64,000 bases of DNA from Octopus sinensis (lineage: Eukaryota), in contig NC_043005.1 of the NCBI RefSeq assembly GCF_006345805.1, forward strand, positions 81,778,001 to 81,842,000, in the 5' to 3' direction. Shown in pieces: positions 14,984 to 26,884 of this stretch; positions within the stretch are counted from its first letter, which is position 1, and every line of letters begins with the position of its first letter. The notes beneath the pieces were generated by a model, which saw only the letters and a list, made by a program, of their open reading frames with translations, did not search any database and was not told where the DNA came from. Position numbers and translations under genes: made by a program.

Positions 14984-15552
14984 TGAGAATTTTCCGGTTT
15001 AGTAAATGTTTTTATCTTCATTTCACTTAATTTATCAAGCTTCTGTATTCCTAGCACATATTCCGCCTTAATGTACTGATATATGAAAAATATATGGCTT
15101 GTGTTAGTAATACCAGCGATTATAATTATTTTTTTATTTTATCGCAATTTGATTTGTTTACATATTTCTCGATAAATTATGAGCGCCAGGCGATATACCA
15201 GAATTCCCTAGTGTTGTCGGGACGTTCGGAGTCTGCGCAGTGATATGATTAGTTAGGAAGAGTAACTCATTAGACGCACATGCTTCTAGTGAGTTAGGAT
15301 CCCAGAAAAACAGGGTCTCACTGATGAATTCTCCCTGGGCAATAAATTATCTTGTTTGCTAAATAGAAAGAAACTGCAGTCTGAGAATTTTCCGGTTTAG
15401 TAAATGTTTTTATCTTCATTTCACTTAATTTATCAAGCTTCTGTATCCTAGCACATATTTCGCCTTAATGTACTGATATATGAAAAATATATGGCTTGTG
15501 TTAGTAATACCAGCGATTATAATTATTTTTTTATTTTATCGCAATTTGATTT

Positions 15553-15557
<5 letters not shown>
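14984..15557 (+). mobile_element. Retrozyme-like / PLE-derived non-autonomous element: 398-nt monomer plus 176-nt terminal redundancy, inserted in (TA)n
   Basis: 14984-15160 is repeated at 15382-15557 with 1 substitution and 1 single-base indel. The repeat starts at the HHR cleavage site. Both flanks are TA-rich. Confidence 0.8.
15316..15386 (+). ncRNA. Type I hammerhead ribozyme (extended helix II, palindromic helix III)
   Basis: UCUCA-CUGAUGA-A-UUCU...AGAA-A-GAAA-CUGCAG-UC^UGAGA. Helix I is 5 bp, helix III is the palindrome ACUGCAGU, the triplet is GUC, and predicted cleavage is after 15381. The 10.1/11.1 position is A.A. Confidence 0.8.
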
Positions 15558-15650
<93 letters not shown>

Positions 15651-15715
15651 GTATATGTATACATGCATTCATTTATACACATGCAGTGTTGGCGGTGAAT
15701 GAACTGTAGTCTAAA

Positions 15716-16310
15716 TTATGCAAAAATGAAAATAACATGTTTATCAAAATTACTTAAAAGTATCTTGAAATACTGAGTAAATTTATTCACTATAATCGCC
15801 ATTGGCTTCAACCACGACCTTATAAGAGTTCGGAATATCATGCAGCTCTTGTGCACGGTCTCCTTTCTGAAGTTGCTGAACGCTGCAATAATTCTTGATT
15901 TTAGTTCATGTTTAGTGTTACAAGGAATGTTGATGGTCTCCCACTCAACTGCACACCACACGTAATAACCAAGGTGGTTGAAGTCTGAGGAGTTAGGTGG
16001 CCAGATGTTAGGGGTGATGTGATTGCATACATTTCTGATAACGATGACTAGCTTTTCCTCCCTCTGTGGTATGGTGCAGACTCTTGTTGCCACACATACT
16101 TTGTTCCACCAGATATCCTCTTAATCCAGAGAAGCATCACCTGCTCCAGGCACTTGATGTAGTCCTCTATGTAGCGTCTGAGACCGTATGGGAAGATGAA
16201 TTGTGGCATAGCGTAACCATCACTAGTGAGCACTCGAAACAGCATGATGTTTCCTGGCAGAGTGAATTGCGTCACAGTGCTGTTTTCTCACAGTCGGTGG
16301 CCAAGTGACT
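15716..16310 (-). mobile_element. Tc1/mariner-superfamily transposase pseudogene (catalytic domain and C-terminus)
   Basis: Two overlapping ORFs read IMLFRVLTSDG..MPQFIFPYGLR...YIKCLEQV...YVWQQESAPYH and WPPNSSDFNHLGYYVWCAVE...NTKHELKSRI. These are the WQQDSAPxH and WPPNSPDLNPLDY motifs, frameshifted. Confidence 0.9.
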
Positions 16311-16441
16311 CTACTATATTGTGTAGTCGACAAAATCAAAAACAAACAATGTGTATGGTCGAAATTAATAATATAAAATGCCGACAATTTACCTATCGCA
16401 CCAAATATATACATATAAAATATAGACAGAAAGTGAGTGAT

Positions 16442-16504
<63 letters not shown>

Positions 16505-16587
16505 GGTCCCGGGTTGATTCGGGGTTAACCACAGTAAATAAGGTACTCAATACATAGCAGAGTAAAATTAATTTATTATATAGAAGG

Positions 16588-16638
16588 AGTTTCTACAGGA
16601 CTAGAACTGTTTCATTCAAGAGAAATCTTCAGGAAGCT
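16588..16638 (-). ncRNA. Type I hammerhead ribozyme (left arm; one helix I mismatch)
   Basis: Reverse complement reads AGCUUC-CUGAAGA-U-UUC-UCUU-GAA-U-GAAA-CAG-UUCUAGUC-CUG-UA^GAAACU. Confidence 0.65.
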
Positions 16639-16729
16639 AGTTAACAAGAATTGTATTGGCATTTATACATTAAACCCACCCCTTTAAACCTGCCTAAATG
16701 TATAAATGCCAATACAGTTCTTGTTAACT

Positions 16730-16780
16730 AGCTTCCTGAAGATTTCTCTTGAATGAAACAGTTCTAGTCCTGTAGAAGCT
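16730..16780 (+). ncRNA. Type I hammerhead ribozyme (right arm)
   Basis: AGCUUC-CUGAAGA-U-UUC-UCUU-GAA-U-GAAA-CAG-UUCUAGUC-CUG-UA^GAAGCU. Helix I is 6 bp, the triplet is GUA, cleavage is after 16774, and 10.1/11.1 is U.U. Confidence 0.72.
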
Positions 16781-17159
16781 CCTTCTATATAATAAATATA
16801 TATATATATATATAAACATTTCTAAGTATATATATACATAAATATATATGCTGACGTAGATGGATATTGCCACTTACTAATAGAAGATTATATTTAATTA
16901 AAGTTTCTGTTACGATTGACAATCTTGATACTTTAGACTAATATCATAATCTTGTATGAAAATACTGCGTTTAAATGCTAAACACATGAAGACATTAAAA
17001 TTAAGGATATTTATCGGAATATGAAAATCAATTAAGATATGAATATAAGCATTTTGATGTCAATTGCATTAATATGGCTGTGCTGACAAAACACTTTACT
17101 CATTTCAACGTTACGAATACAAATTTTTGATTAACTATACACACACACTCACAAACACA

Positions 17160-17300
17160 CACAGAGATACATATATAGATAGATAGAGAGATAGATAGAT
17201 AGATAGAGAGAGAGAGACAGAGAGACAGAGAAGAGTAAGGGGAGGGAGGGAAAGAAACAGAGAGGGTGGAAAACAGACAGACAGAGAAGAGGAAGAGAAT
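17160..17300. repeat. (CA)/(GATA)/(GA) purine-rich microsatellite
   Basis: Directly visible. Confidence 0.85.
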
Positions 17301-17394
17301 TGGATTCAGAGAGTCAAGTAGAACTTACATTAAAACCTCCTGCAAAGAGTTTTTACTCTGAATATTATCTTAATTACTGTCAGCACAGAGTGAG

Positions 17395-17705
17395 GTACAC
17401 CGTCGGTTACGACAACGAGAGTTCCAATTGATCCGATCAAGGGAACAACCTGCTCGTGAAATTAACATGCAAGTGACTGAGCACCCCAGAGACACATGTA
17501 CACTTAATGTAGTCCTTAGGGAGATTAACCGTGACGCGGAATGTTGGCCATCTAAAATATAAATACTATTCGTTTTTGTCAGCTGAGTGGATTGGGGAAA
17601 CGGCAAGATAAAGAATCTTGCTGAAGGACACAACGTGACGATGAGAATCGAATTTGGGACCTTACGATCGTGAACCAAATACACTGAGCCACGGGCCTTC
17701 ATAAT
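17395..17705 (-). mobile_element. tRNA-derived SINE, 3' half related to the family D copy at 38878
   Basis: ccgtcggttacgac...cctgctcgtgaaattaac is the reverse complement of the 39190-39250 tail. A degenerate tRNA-like head lies near 17640-17700. Confidence 0.75.
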
Positions 17706-18018
17706 ACAGATAGTAATTAAATTCAGAACATATTTTAAATTGTCCAAGCAACTGAAAATCCAGAATACACAAGTACAAATATTTTCGTCAAGAGTAAATA
17801 ATAACCAGAGAATCAGGATTATAACAGGTAAATACGTGTATATTTGCTATTGCTACCTACGTTACGCAGGCTTACAGACTTTTCCGCTGATTTTTCTCAA
17901 TTAGTAATCTGAATGTTTAAATATCCAAATCAAACCATAAATTTCACTCAATAGGCATATGCTGTTGATATCTCCGTTGGTCCTAGTCTACCCATCGTCG
18001 TTGCTGGAGCCATTATCG

Positions 18019-18078
<60 letters not shown>

Positions 18079-18438
18079 GCGTGTGCGTGTGTGTGTGAGT
18101 GTGCGTGTATACATATGTATATATAATATTAGGGAGTATAACTCCAAACTTACAGGGAAAAATTCAATTTAGTATTAAATCATATTTCCCAAAATAAATA
18201 TATAATATATATACATTTGCTGAGTGACTGTACTTTTAAATTGAATTGTCTTTGATTGAATTTACATTTAATTGTAATTCGAATTGAAGTTATAGCCACG
18301 AAATGTACGTAGGCTGTTTACTTATTATATAATGTTTATTCAATATAAAGTACTTTTTCTGATCTAGATATATGTTTTATATATTTTTTTTTTCTATATG
18401 ATATGGTTTATGTCTATCATTGTTTGAATATATATATA

Positions 18439-18474
<36 letters not shown>

Positions 18475-18479
<5 letters not shown>

Positions 18480-18700
18480 TCTGTGTCGGTGTTTATCTCT
18501 CCTCCACCGCTTGACAACCGGTGTTTGTATGTTTACATCTCCGTAAATTAGCGGTTCAGCAAAAGAGACAGATGGAATAAGTATCATGCTTTAAAAATAG
18601 CACTGGGTATAATCCATTCGACTAAAAATTCTTCAAAAATTCTTCAGTGCCCCAGCATTGCCACAGTCTAATTACTGAAGCAAATAAATAAGATAAAAAT
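18475..18700 (+). mobile_element. SINE family B, 3' half
   Basis: gcttgacaaccg...ttagcggttc..caaaagagac..cagcat.gcc.cagtc.aat.actgaa motifs are shared with the 31287 copy. Confidence 0.8.
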
Positions 18701-21489
18701 ATACATAGTAACTGTAAGTGCATTACAGCCAAAGCTTTCTTCACAACCAGAATGTCCGTAGTTCGAACCCACTGAGCAAACGTAATTGTTAATAGCCTCG
18801 GATCGAATCGGTCCATACCTTGTGAGTGAAATTGTAATATAATTGTGTATTACGAAAAGATATATAATAGAAAAAAGAACTAATTAATCAGATCATATAT
18901 AAGGAAAAAAAACTAGTAATATATATATATATTATGTGAAGGCGGCCAGCTGGCTGAATTGTTAGCACGCCGCGCGAGATGCTTAGCGACATGTCATCCC
19001 AAACTATATCGAAGATCATTAAAATTTTTCTCAAAGTACAATTGCAATACAGCTATACCAAAGTGTTTTCTGGTGCTAAACTTTTTCTCATATTTATCCG
19101 CAACATTATGAAAACTTTTGAACTCGATATCACCGCAATTAACCTTATCAATTATTAATTAACCAATATTGGAAAATATATAAATTCTCTGTACGAAACT
19201 GAAGAAATTAAGAATATAAGATATAACCTCAGGTGTAGGATGCCATTAATGTTGTGACCTCGAAGTCAAATGCCGCATTTCTTTGTAGGCCGAATATATT
19301 TGTATCAGCATCTGTTGCTTGAAATTTCAAATGAAAAAATCCACTTACCTGAAAAAGAAAAAAAATGATAATTTTTAATTAATTCAAAATTTTAATTAAT
19401 TCAAAACTGATTTTAAATTAGAAAAAAGTTATTAAAGGGTCACATAGACTAAAATCAAAAAAAATTAAAACAAAGGCATATATATTCATCTTTAATATGT
19501 TCCGATAGAATCGAACATGGATATGCTAATCACCGATGTGTTTTGTGTAGGGAAGACAGCTTTTTCCATTCTGTCAGTGTATGTTCGCAACACACTCGAT
19601 TAATTGAGGAAAGGCGAGTTTGAGACACTGCGCTGTTTCGACAACGCTGCCAAGGTTCAGTGATATAATCAAGAACATGATAGAATCAGAAAGACTGTAT
19701 GGTTGCATATATAAAGATATAAGTTAGAGGGAAATATAGAGCTATCATAAACGAAAGACCGCAAAATTTCAAGAGAAAGTTAATATCTAGAAAATTTATT
19801 TGGATAAAGAATGCATATTGGAGTACTTTTTGATTTATGAATCTCCATAATGATTGGAAGAATATGTGGGCTTCTGTAAGAGTTGTTATGAAAAGTGGTG
19901 GGACATTACATAGCATATGAAGCTATAGTTGGATTTCTTTCATGAATACGCACAGAGTAAATACATAAAGGCTCACTCACACACACATATGTACACATAT
20001 ACACACACACTCATATATAGGTATTCATACATATACATATATAAATACATATATACGTTATGCCTATGTGTTCGTATTTACATATTTTTTAATACGTAGG
20101 AACCAAATATAAGTAATCAGTCTTTCATTTAAAGTATGTATAGTATACTCACACATACACACACACGCACGCATGCATACATACATACATACATACATAC
20201 ACACACACATACATACACACATGCATACTGAGCAAGCGTAGTTAACAACGCTATGCTTGTGGGAGTGAAGCTAGTCTGCATCATAGCGGTTTGCATGACA
20301 CTCTCAATAGTAAGTCAGACTATGTATTTCTCACAATGTATACAAAACAATCACCTCCGAAAACAGACTCTAGTCTCTAATGTTTGTTGTTATAAACCTC
20401 TTGTTTACTGTTTCCTGGGGGAATTATCGTGCCTGAATACTTCTCTGTTAAACATCAAATGTCAGGAAATCATTCGTACCACTCCTAGTAACCCCTGCAT
20501 CGCGTTCGCATAATTCTGTTTTGCTTGAAGTTATTTGATCTTTAAGAATGCTTCGTAAACAAAAGAACAGTATTTTAAATAAACCTAGATGCATCATTTC
20601 TCTCAGTTACTGCTTGATAATGGAACGGTCAGATGCCACATTTTCTTTTCACAGAGTCAGAAATAAATCTCATAGCTACCTTAAAAATTGCAGATTAAGA
20701 AACACGATGTTCTGTAGCACGAAACAGAGATTTATAGCTCTCGTTATTTACGCATTTATGCAAGGTGTGTTGCAACATAAGTAACGAAGAGACGTGTGGA
20801 TTAAAGCTAAAGTAATTCTTTCTTTTTACGATACATGAGTTATCAGGAAAATCCGATTTGAGAGCAAATATGTGGCACATTTCTCAAAATCATCATACAA
20901 ACCAAAGTCGTATTACAACGTGTGACAATATTCTTGATTATTATTGAGTTTAAGAGGATATTGCTGTACTGCAGTAACATATTGAGACGTGTATTTAATT
21001 CTCTTTCTTCTATTCTGTTTATCTATTGTCATGCTTGAAAGCAAGTAATGCAAAAACTTAGAAGTCAGTGTAAAAACCAAATCAATACATTTATATATTG
21101 ATGTCTGTAATGACAGACATATAAACAAAAACAAACTACGTAATGCCCCATATTTAACTAGCTATTTGCATCCATCCATAAGTACATCTTTGCGGATACT
21201 TACACATAAAAGGACATATACAAAAGAATACCAAATAACGTGCATATATGTTCACAAATATACACTTATACAAAAATACATGCGAACTAAAGTGCATATA
21301 TGCACACACACAAATACACACACATGTGCATACAGAAGCATATGCATGCAAACATACACCTAACAAAAAGAACGAATAGTCCTTCCGGATCAAAAGGTTC
21401 AAAAGGGCGGTTTTCTGGATTTTGTGTCATATATATATATACACCTCCTGGACGGAAAGCCTGGCCATCGCAGGATTACTAATTTTATA

Positions 21490-21625
21490 CTAGTTGACTG
21501 GGCTGGAGCAAGCAGACATGAAGTGTATTGCTCCAGAGCACAACGCATCGCGCGGTCCAGGAAGAGGAAAAATAAAATCTTACGATCACGACCACAACGT
21601 CCTAAACCACTAAACCATGCACCTC
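21490..21625 (-). mobile_element. Degenerate tRNA-derived SINE 5' part
   Basis: Reverse complement starts ggtgcatggtttagtggtttagg. The body gagcacaacgc/ggtccagg resembles the family C head region. Confidence 0.55.
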
Positions 21626-21806
21626 TACACATAGATAAACACACACATATACAGGCACGCAAGCAGATATTTACAAACAGATACATGCGTAGTAAGTTTA
21701 TATTGTCTAAAATGCAATGTGAGCATTTAACAAATAGATTTATGAGCCCAGGCTGACTCTCTGGGAGGACGTTTGCTTCACAATCACGAAGTTTTCGATT
21801 CAATTT

Positions 21807-22030
21807 ATTTCTTTATTGCTCACAAGGGGATAAAGATGGAGGGGACAAATAAGGACAGACAAAGGGATTAAGTCGGTTACATCGACCCCAATACATAACT
21901 GATACTTAATGTCTCGACCCCGAAAGGATGAAAGGCAAAGTCGACCTCGGCGGAATTTGTACTCAGAACGCAAAGAGAGACGGAATACTGCTAACTATTT
22001 CGCCCGGCATGCTAATGCTTCTGACAGCTC
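21807..22030 (-). mobile_element. SINE family A
   Basis: Reverse complement of the 13541-13771 copy along its whole length. Confidence 0.9.
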
Positions 22031-22124
22031 GATTCAATTGAAACCCTGGTGTGTGAATTTGGCCCCAAAAATCCTCTTGTTTAAATATGTGTGTGTATGT
22101 GTGTGTGTGTGTGTGTGCGTGTGT

Positions 22125-22325
22125 GTGTATATGTGTGCTCCCCTCAAAACCGCTTGACGATTGGTGCTGGTTTGTTTACGCCTCCACACCTAGCTGGTCG
22201 GCAGTACAAGAGTGAGATAGAATTGTGCTAGGCTTACGAAAATAGGTACATGAGCCGATTTCTCGGTGCTGCCTTACTATGGCGAAAACACAATGGCTCT
22301 AACAAGTAAATGATGAAAACTAAAA
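22125..22325 (+). mobile_element. SINE family B, degenerate 3' half
   Basis: cgcttgacga..ggtgctggtttgtttacg...ggcttac motifs follow a (TG)n tract. Confidence 0.6.
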
Positions 22326-22477
22326 GAACTCATCTGCTGGTAGGCACGTATTCATGCTACACTACATACACATACACACACATGCACACACAATCACGCA
22401 CGCATCCACACGCACCCACACATGTATCTGTGTCTACTTATTCCTATATATATATTGTATCAAAAGATAGATCGATA

Positions 22478-22590
<113 letters not shown>

Positions 22591-23804
22591 TGGCACGTTA
22601 AATCTTTCGGAGATAGTCGATGTGTCATATTATTTTGAAATTTCTACATTCCTGTTTGGCTCAAAAACATCACCAGCATACTTCAATCTTAAGGAGTATG
22701 AAATTTATAGAAAGCTACTTGGAGGCAAGATAATTCTATGACAGCTATTAAAACAAATATTCTTATATTTTGTTAATTCTTAAAGTAAATATATGCAATG
22801 CATCAGCGCTCGATGATTGGTTTAATAAAATTAACGTTAAATCGTCTAAAGAGATATGCAGCATTATCAAATTCAGCTGCAGTGCTGATAACATCTCGTT
22901 GCAAATAAGATCAGAGATATTTATATTTCATCTTCTCTGTATTAAAAGTTGCAAAATGTTCGTGAATTGTAAATTAGTCTATTTTGTTTCTATAATACAA
23001 ATGTAAGTTTTGTCTAATCATATTTCAGTGCAAATAATTTTTCTTGAAATTCATTTGAAAAATAATGAATAATTTCTTGCCATATCGCGGTTCACCTATC
23101 GCACACTCAGTACATCGCGAAGTTTATCGACTAATATATGTAAACATATATTGTGGACTCCTCAGTATATCGCGGGATTCTGCGGCCGATAGGTATTTAT
23201 ATATTTTTACATTTTAATTATCTCTGTGGGAGGTTTTGGAACGTAAAACCCGCGGTAGTCGTTAGATTACTGTATTATTATATAAATATGATGTTTGAAG
23301 CAAAAATTATGATATTTATGACAAGTTTTCGTTTAGATCACACAAAGCTGTTGATCTTGTGACAAAATTAGAAACAATGAACAGTGGCAAAGTGCCAGGA
23401 TTTTTGGAGGGATAGAAAAATGGTTTGCAGCATGGGTTCCGTCTCTTTACATCGCGATTTCGAATCCTACTGAGATCATCTTTACCCCTTCCCTATTTTT
23501 TCCGGAGTTGATTTTGTGTTAGTCGAGTAATCGGGCAAATAGCAAAGACGATCGAATCCCGCAATATAATGTCTGGCCTTGTGTCGAAGTTACAAATCAT
23601 TGTTGAACATAAAATTCTGTTAATGAATGGACTTGGTACCCCATCGCATAGGGATAGAGAAAATCAAATGAAATACATTGAACTATGTGATGTACTTAAG
23701 TGAAAAACTTGGATTTTTTACTTCAAAGACAATGTTCTGCTCACCTTTTGATAGTTTAACAGAGATTTGTGCATGCACTTCTCGAATCATATATTATATT
23801 TCAC

Positions 23805-24016
23805 TTGTTTTAGCCATTTGGATGTGGCCATGCTTGAGCACCGTCTAACAAGCTTCTAGTCGAATGAATTACCGCCAGGACTATTCTTAAAACACTCTGT
23901 CGGTCCTAATGCCGAAATGTTGGGCTACTGGGATGTAAACACACCAACACCGGTCGTCAAGCGGTGGTGGGGGACAAACACAGACACGAAGATACACACA
24001 CACACACCATACACAG

Positions 24017-24054
<38 letters not shown>

Positions 24055-24390
24055 TATATATGCAAATTGTTTTGTTAAGCGGTGTCGAGTTTTATAATTT
24101 TGTAAATAATAATAATCGTAACGTTTTATAAATTTAAAGCTTATAGCGATCACCATGCACCTGACTAAGGAACATAATGTAATAATGGGGCATATAAGCT
24201 CTCGACAGAAACTATATATATATACGATGACCTTCTTTCAGGTTCCTTCTACCAAATCCACGAAGAAGTCTTTCGTTGGGCAGAGTCTATAATAGAAAAC
24301 ACTTGCCCAAGGTATACCATAGTAAGTTTGAACTGTAACCATTTGGTTGGGAAGCAAGCTTCTTTCCACATAGACACGCCTGCGCCTATA
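23805..24390 (-). mobile_element. Split SINE family B (3' half ~23805-24000, 5' half ~24215-24390)
   Basis: caacaccggtcgtcaagcggtggtgggggacaaacacagac and ctaccaaatccac...acttgcccaagg...cgcctgcgccta match family B in reverse. Confidence 0.7.
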
Positions 24391-24454
24391 TTACTAATTA
24401 TTTGAAATCAATACATTTGTCAAGTCATAAAGAAAAACTTAGGAATATTGATTT

Positions 24455-24650
24455 CAAATATTGGCTCAAGACCAGCAGTTTCGGGGCAGTGGGTGTTTCG
24501 ATTACATCGATATAAGCATTCAACTGCTACTTACTTCATGGACCCCGAAAGGATGCAAGGTAATGTTGATGTCGGCGGAATTTGAACTCAGAAGAAATGT
24601 CTCCAAGCATTTTGCCCGCCAGGGTAACAAATCTGTCAGCCCACCGCCTT
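24455..24650 (-). mobile_element. SINE family A variant
   Basis: cgattacatcga...gaccccgaaaggatg...cggcggaatttgaactcagaa...cccaccgcc. Confidence 0.75.
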
Positions 24651-25187
24651 AAAGCTAACATGTAATTTGGTGTTGATTTAAAAAAGAAATATTACTGTTA
24701 AACTTTTGCTTTTTATTTTGTAGCACGAAGTAAAAGCCGCAGGTAGAGGCGATTGTCTTTGACTGCGTAACGTAAGAAGACAAAATGGCGAACTGTGCTG
24801 ACGCAGAATAATGTGTTTCAGATATCAAGTAATAACTATTTCAATAATATAAAATATATTCCATCTTATGTTGGCGTAATACATAATTAACATGTTATAT
24901 CTTGGCCTTCCATTGACATAAAACAATGTGAGGCACGAAATAATATTATTGGATTTTTGTTTTGTTAAAAGAATCTAAATGCTTTATATATGTGTAAGTG
25001 TGTGTGTATACACACTTATATATGTATGTATATATATATGCACATATTTACATGCATGGATATATATATATAAATATACATGCATATATAGCATGCATAT
25101 ATATGTTCATATACATAACATATAGACATACACATAATATCATGTGTCTGTGACTTTGTGTGAGTATTTATATGGGTATGTGTGGAA

Positions 25188-25330
25188 TATATATTATATA
25201 TAATTTGTATAAGATATGTATATATACACACATGCATATATATTATATATAATTTGTATAAGATATGTATATATACACACATGCATATATATTATATATA
25301 ATTTGTATAAGATATGTATATATACACACA

Positions 25331-25333
<3 letters not shown>
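25188..25333. repeat. Tandem minisatellite, 3 x 49 bp, inside a TA tract
   Basis: taatttgtataagatatgtatatatacacacatg recurs at 25201, 25250 and 25299. Confidence 0.9.
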
Positions 25334-25362
<29 letters not shown>

Positions 25363-25764
25363 CATACATATATATATATATATACATACATATATATATA
25401 TATATATATACATACCTGCATATATATATATATATATAAATATATGTACTTACTATAATATTGCTACGGTGATAGAGGATTACGTAAATAATTACGTAAA
25501 TAATTTTTGTTTTTCATTTGCATATATTGAAACTTCTCCAACTAAACAATAATCCTTTCATTCGGTGATAAAACCGGATTGATTTCTTATAAAATCAAGC
25601 ATTTAGAATTCATCGTAAAATAATGGTATTGGGAGATATTAAATGTAATGAAATGAGATAGGTTTTTGCGAATGTATTACAATAATTCTCTCAAATGGAA
25701 ATGGAAGTTATTTCCTGAGCTGATCTTTACTTGATACAATCACTTAACCTTTGACTTACAAATT

Positions 25765-26165
25765 ACTTTTTACTTACTTCAATAATTAGATGGCTGTCAT
25801 GCTGGGGCACCACCATGTAGAATTCTTAGTCGTACGACTCCACCTCAATAATTATTACGTCTTAGACTGATACTTATTCTTTACTTATGCTGTTTTGCGG
25901 GACCGCTAAGTTACGGGACACAAACACAGACTCAAAGACATACATGCATCACACACAGACGAATACACACACACACGCACAAGCCCACACACAAAAGTAT
26001 ACGAGGGATATTTTACAGATTCCATCTACCGAATCTGTTTACAAGCTTTTGGTTAGCCTAAGGATACATTAAAAGTGACTTACGCAAGGTGTCCCGCACT
26101 GAGACAGAACCCAGGACCGTGTATTTGGAAAGCAAACTTCTTACCATAGACTCACTCCTGCGTTT
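25765..26165 (-). mobile_element. Degenerate SINE family B
   Basis: catgctggggcacc...accgctaagttacgggac...caaggtgtcccgcactgagacagaaccc...ctcctgcg. Confidence 0.7.
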
Positions 26166-26851
26166 GTTAAATTTGGATAAGTATTAAAATCTCACAGCTG
26201 AATTGCAATGATATTATTTCCAATAAAACCATAACAAACGTCTTTTTACAATATTTACTCAACACTCAAAACGTTCCTGGTATTGCTGCAGCTTAACGTC
26301 GGAGTGAACAGTCGTGTTTGGTGTTTGCAATGTATGCTGAGACAAATGTCTATTCGTTTCATTTTTATAGCATAGCCATAAGTTTGTATGCTTTAGTGAA
26401 CCGGCGGAACACAATGCTTTCAATTTACTAGTTTTACAAACCTTTCTGCTGTGAAACCTGAAGAAATCTTATAACAACAGAAGGTAGAAATATCTTTATG
26501 GTTCCAATCGAAAAGAGATTATAACTTGATCCTTTTCCATTCAACAATGTCAAATTGCTTTCTTCGTTTTGTAAATCCTCCTAATTTGTAATTAAGGATT
26601 TTATGTAACTAATATGCTCATTATATCTTTGAAATACGCTATTGAATCTGTGGCAAAGGAAGGCGGATTTTGTAGCCCAAATTTAAAATCGAATATCACT
26701 TTGGATTAACTATACCCCCATAGCCACATACCGGCACTTCAAAATGCATGTGTATGTGTATATATATATATATATACACACATATGCATACACACAAACA
26801 CACACACACGCACACGTACACACATATATTTATGTGTGTGTGTGTGTGTGT

Positions 26852-26884
<33 letters not shown>

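Larger units (their letters stand above)
16501..16797 (-). mobile_element. Short fold-back HHR element (PLE pLTR-like): 70-bp unpaired tail, 101-bp inverted arms, 25-nt spacer, in (TA)n
   Basis: 16571-16671 is the reverse complement of 16697-16797 with 2 mismatches. Tail 16501-16570 is nearly identical to 34131-34200. Confidence 0.85.

Noticed and set aside
16501-16797. Helitron/Helentron or MITE interpretation of the fold-back family (terminal hairpin, inverted repeats, TA target)
   Set aside because: The inverted arms are long copies of an HHR-bearing segment with a one-sided tail, which fits PLE inverted pLTRs better. There is no CTRR end and no symmetrical TIR pair. Not formally excluded.
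25188-25333. Regularly spaced direct repeats (CRISPR-like?)
   Set aside because: Head-to-tail tandem units without unique spacers, in eukaryotic DNA.
26457-26500. CTGAAGA...GAAA-TA-TC with a possible helix II
   Set aside because: No helix I pairing and no tail/(TA)n context.
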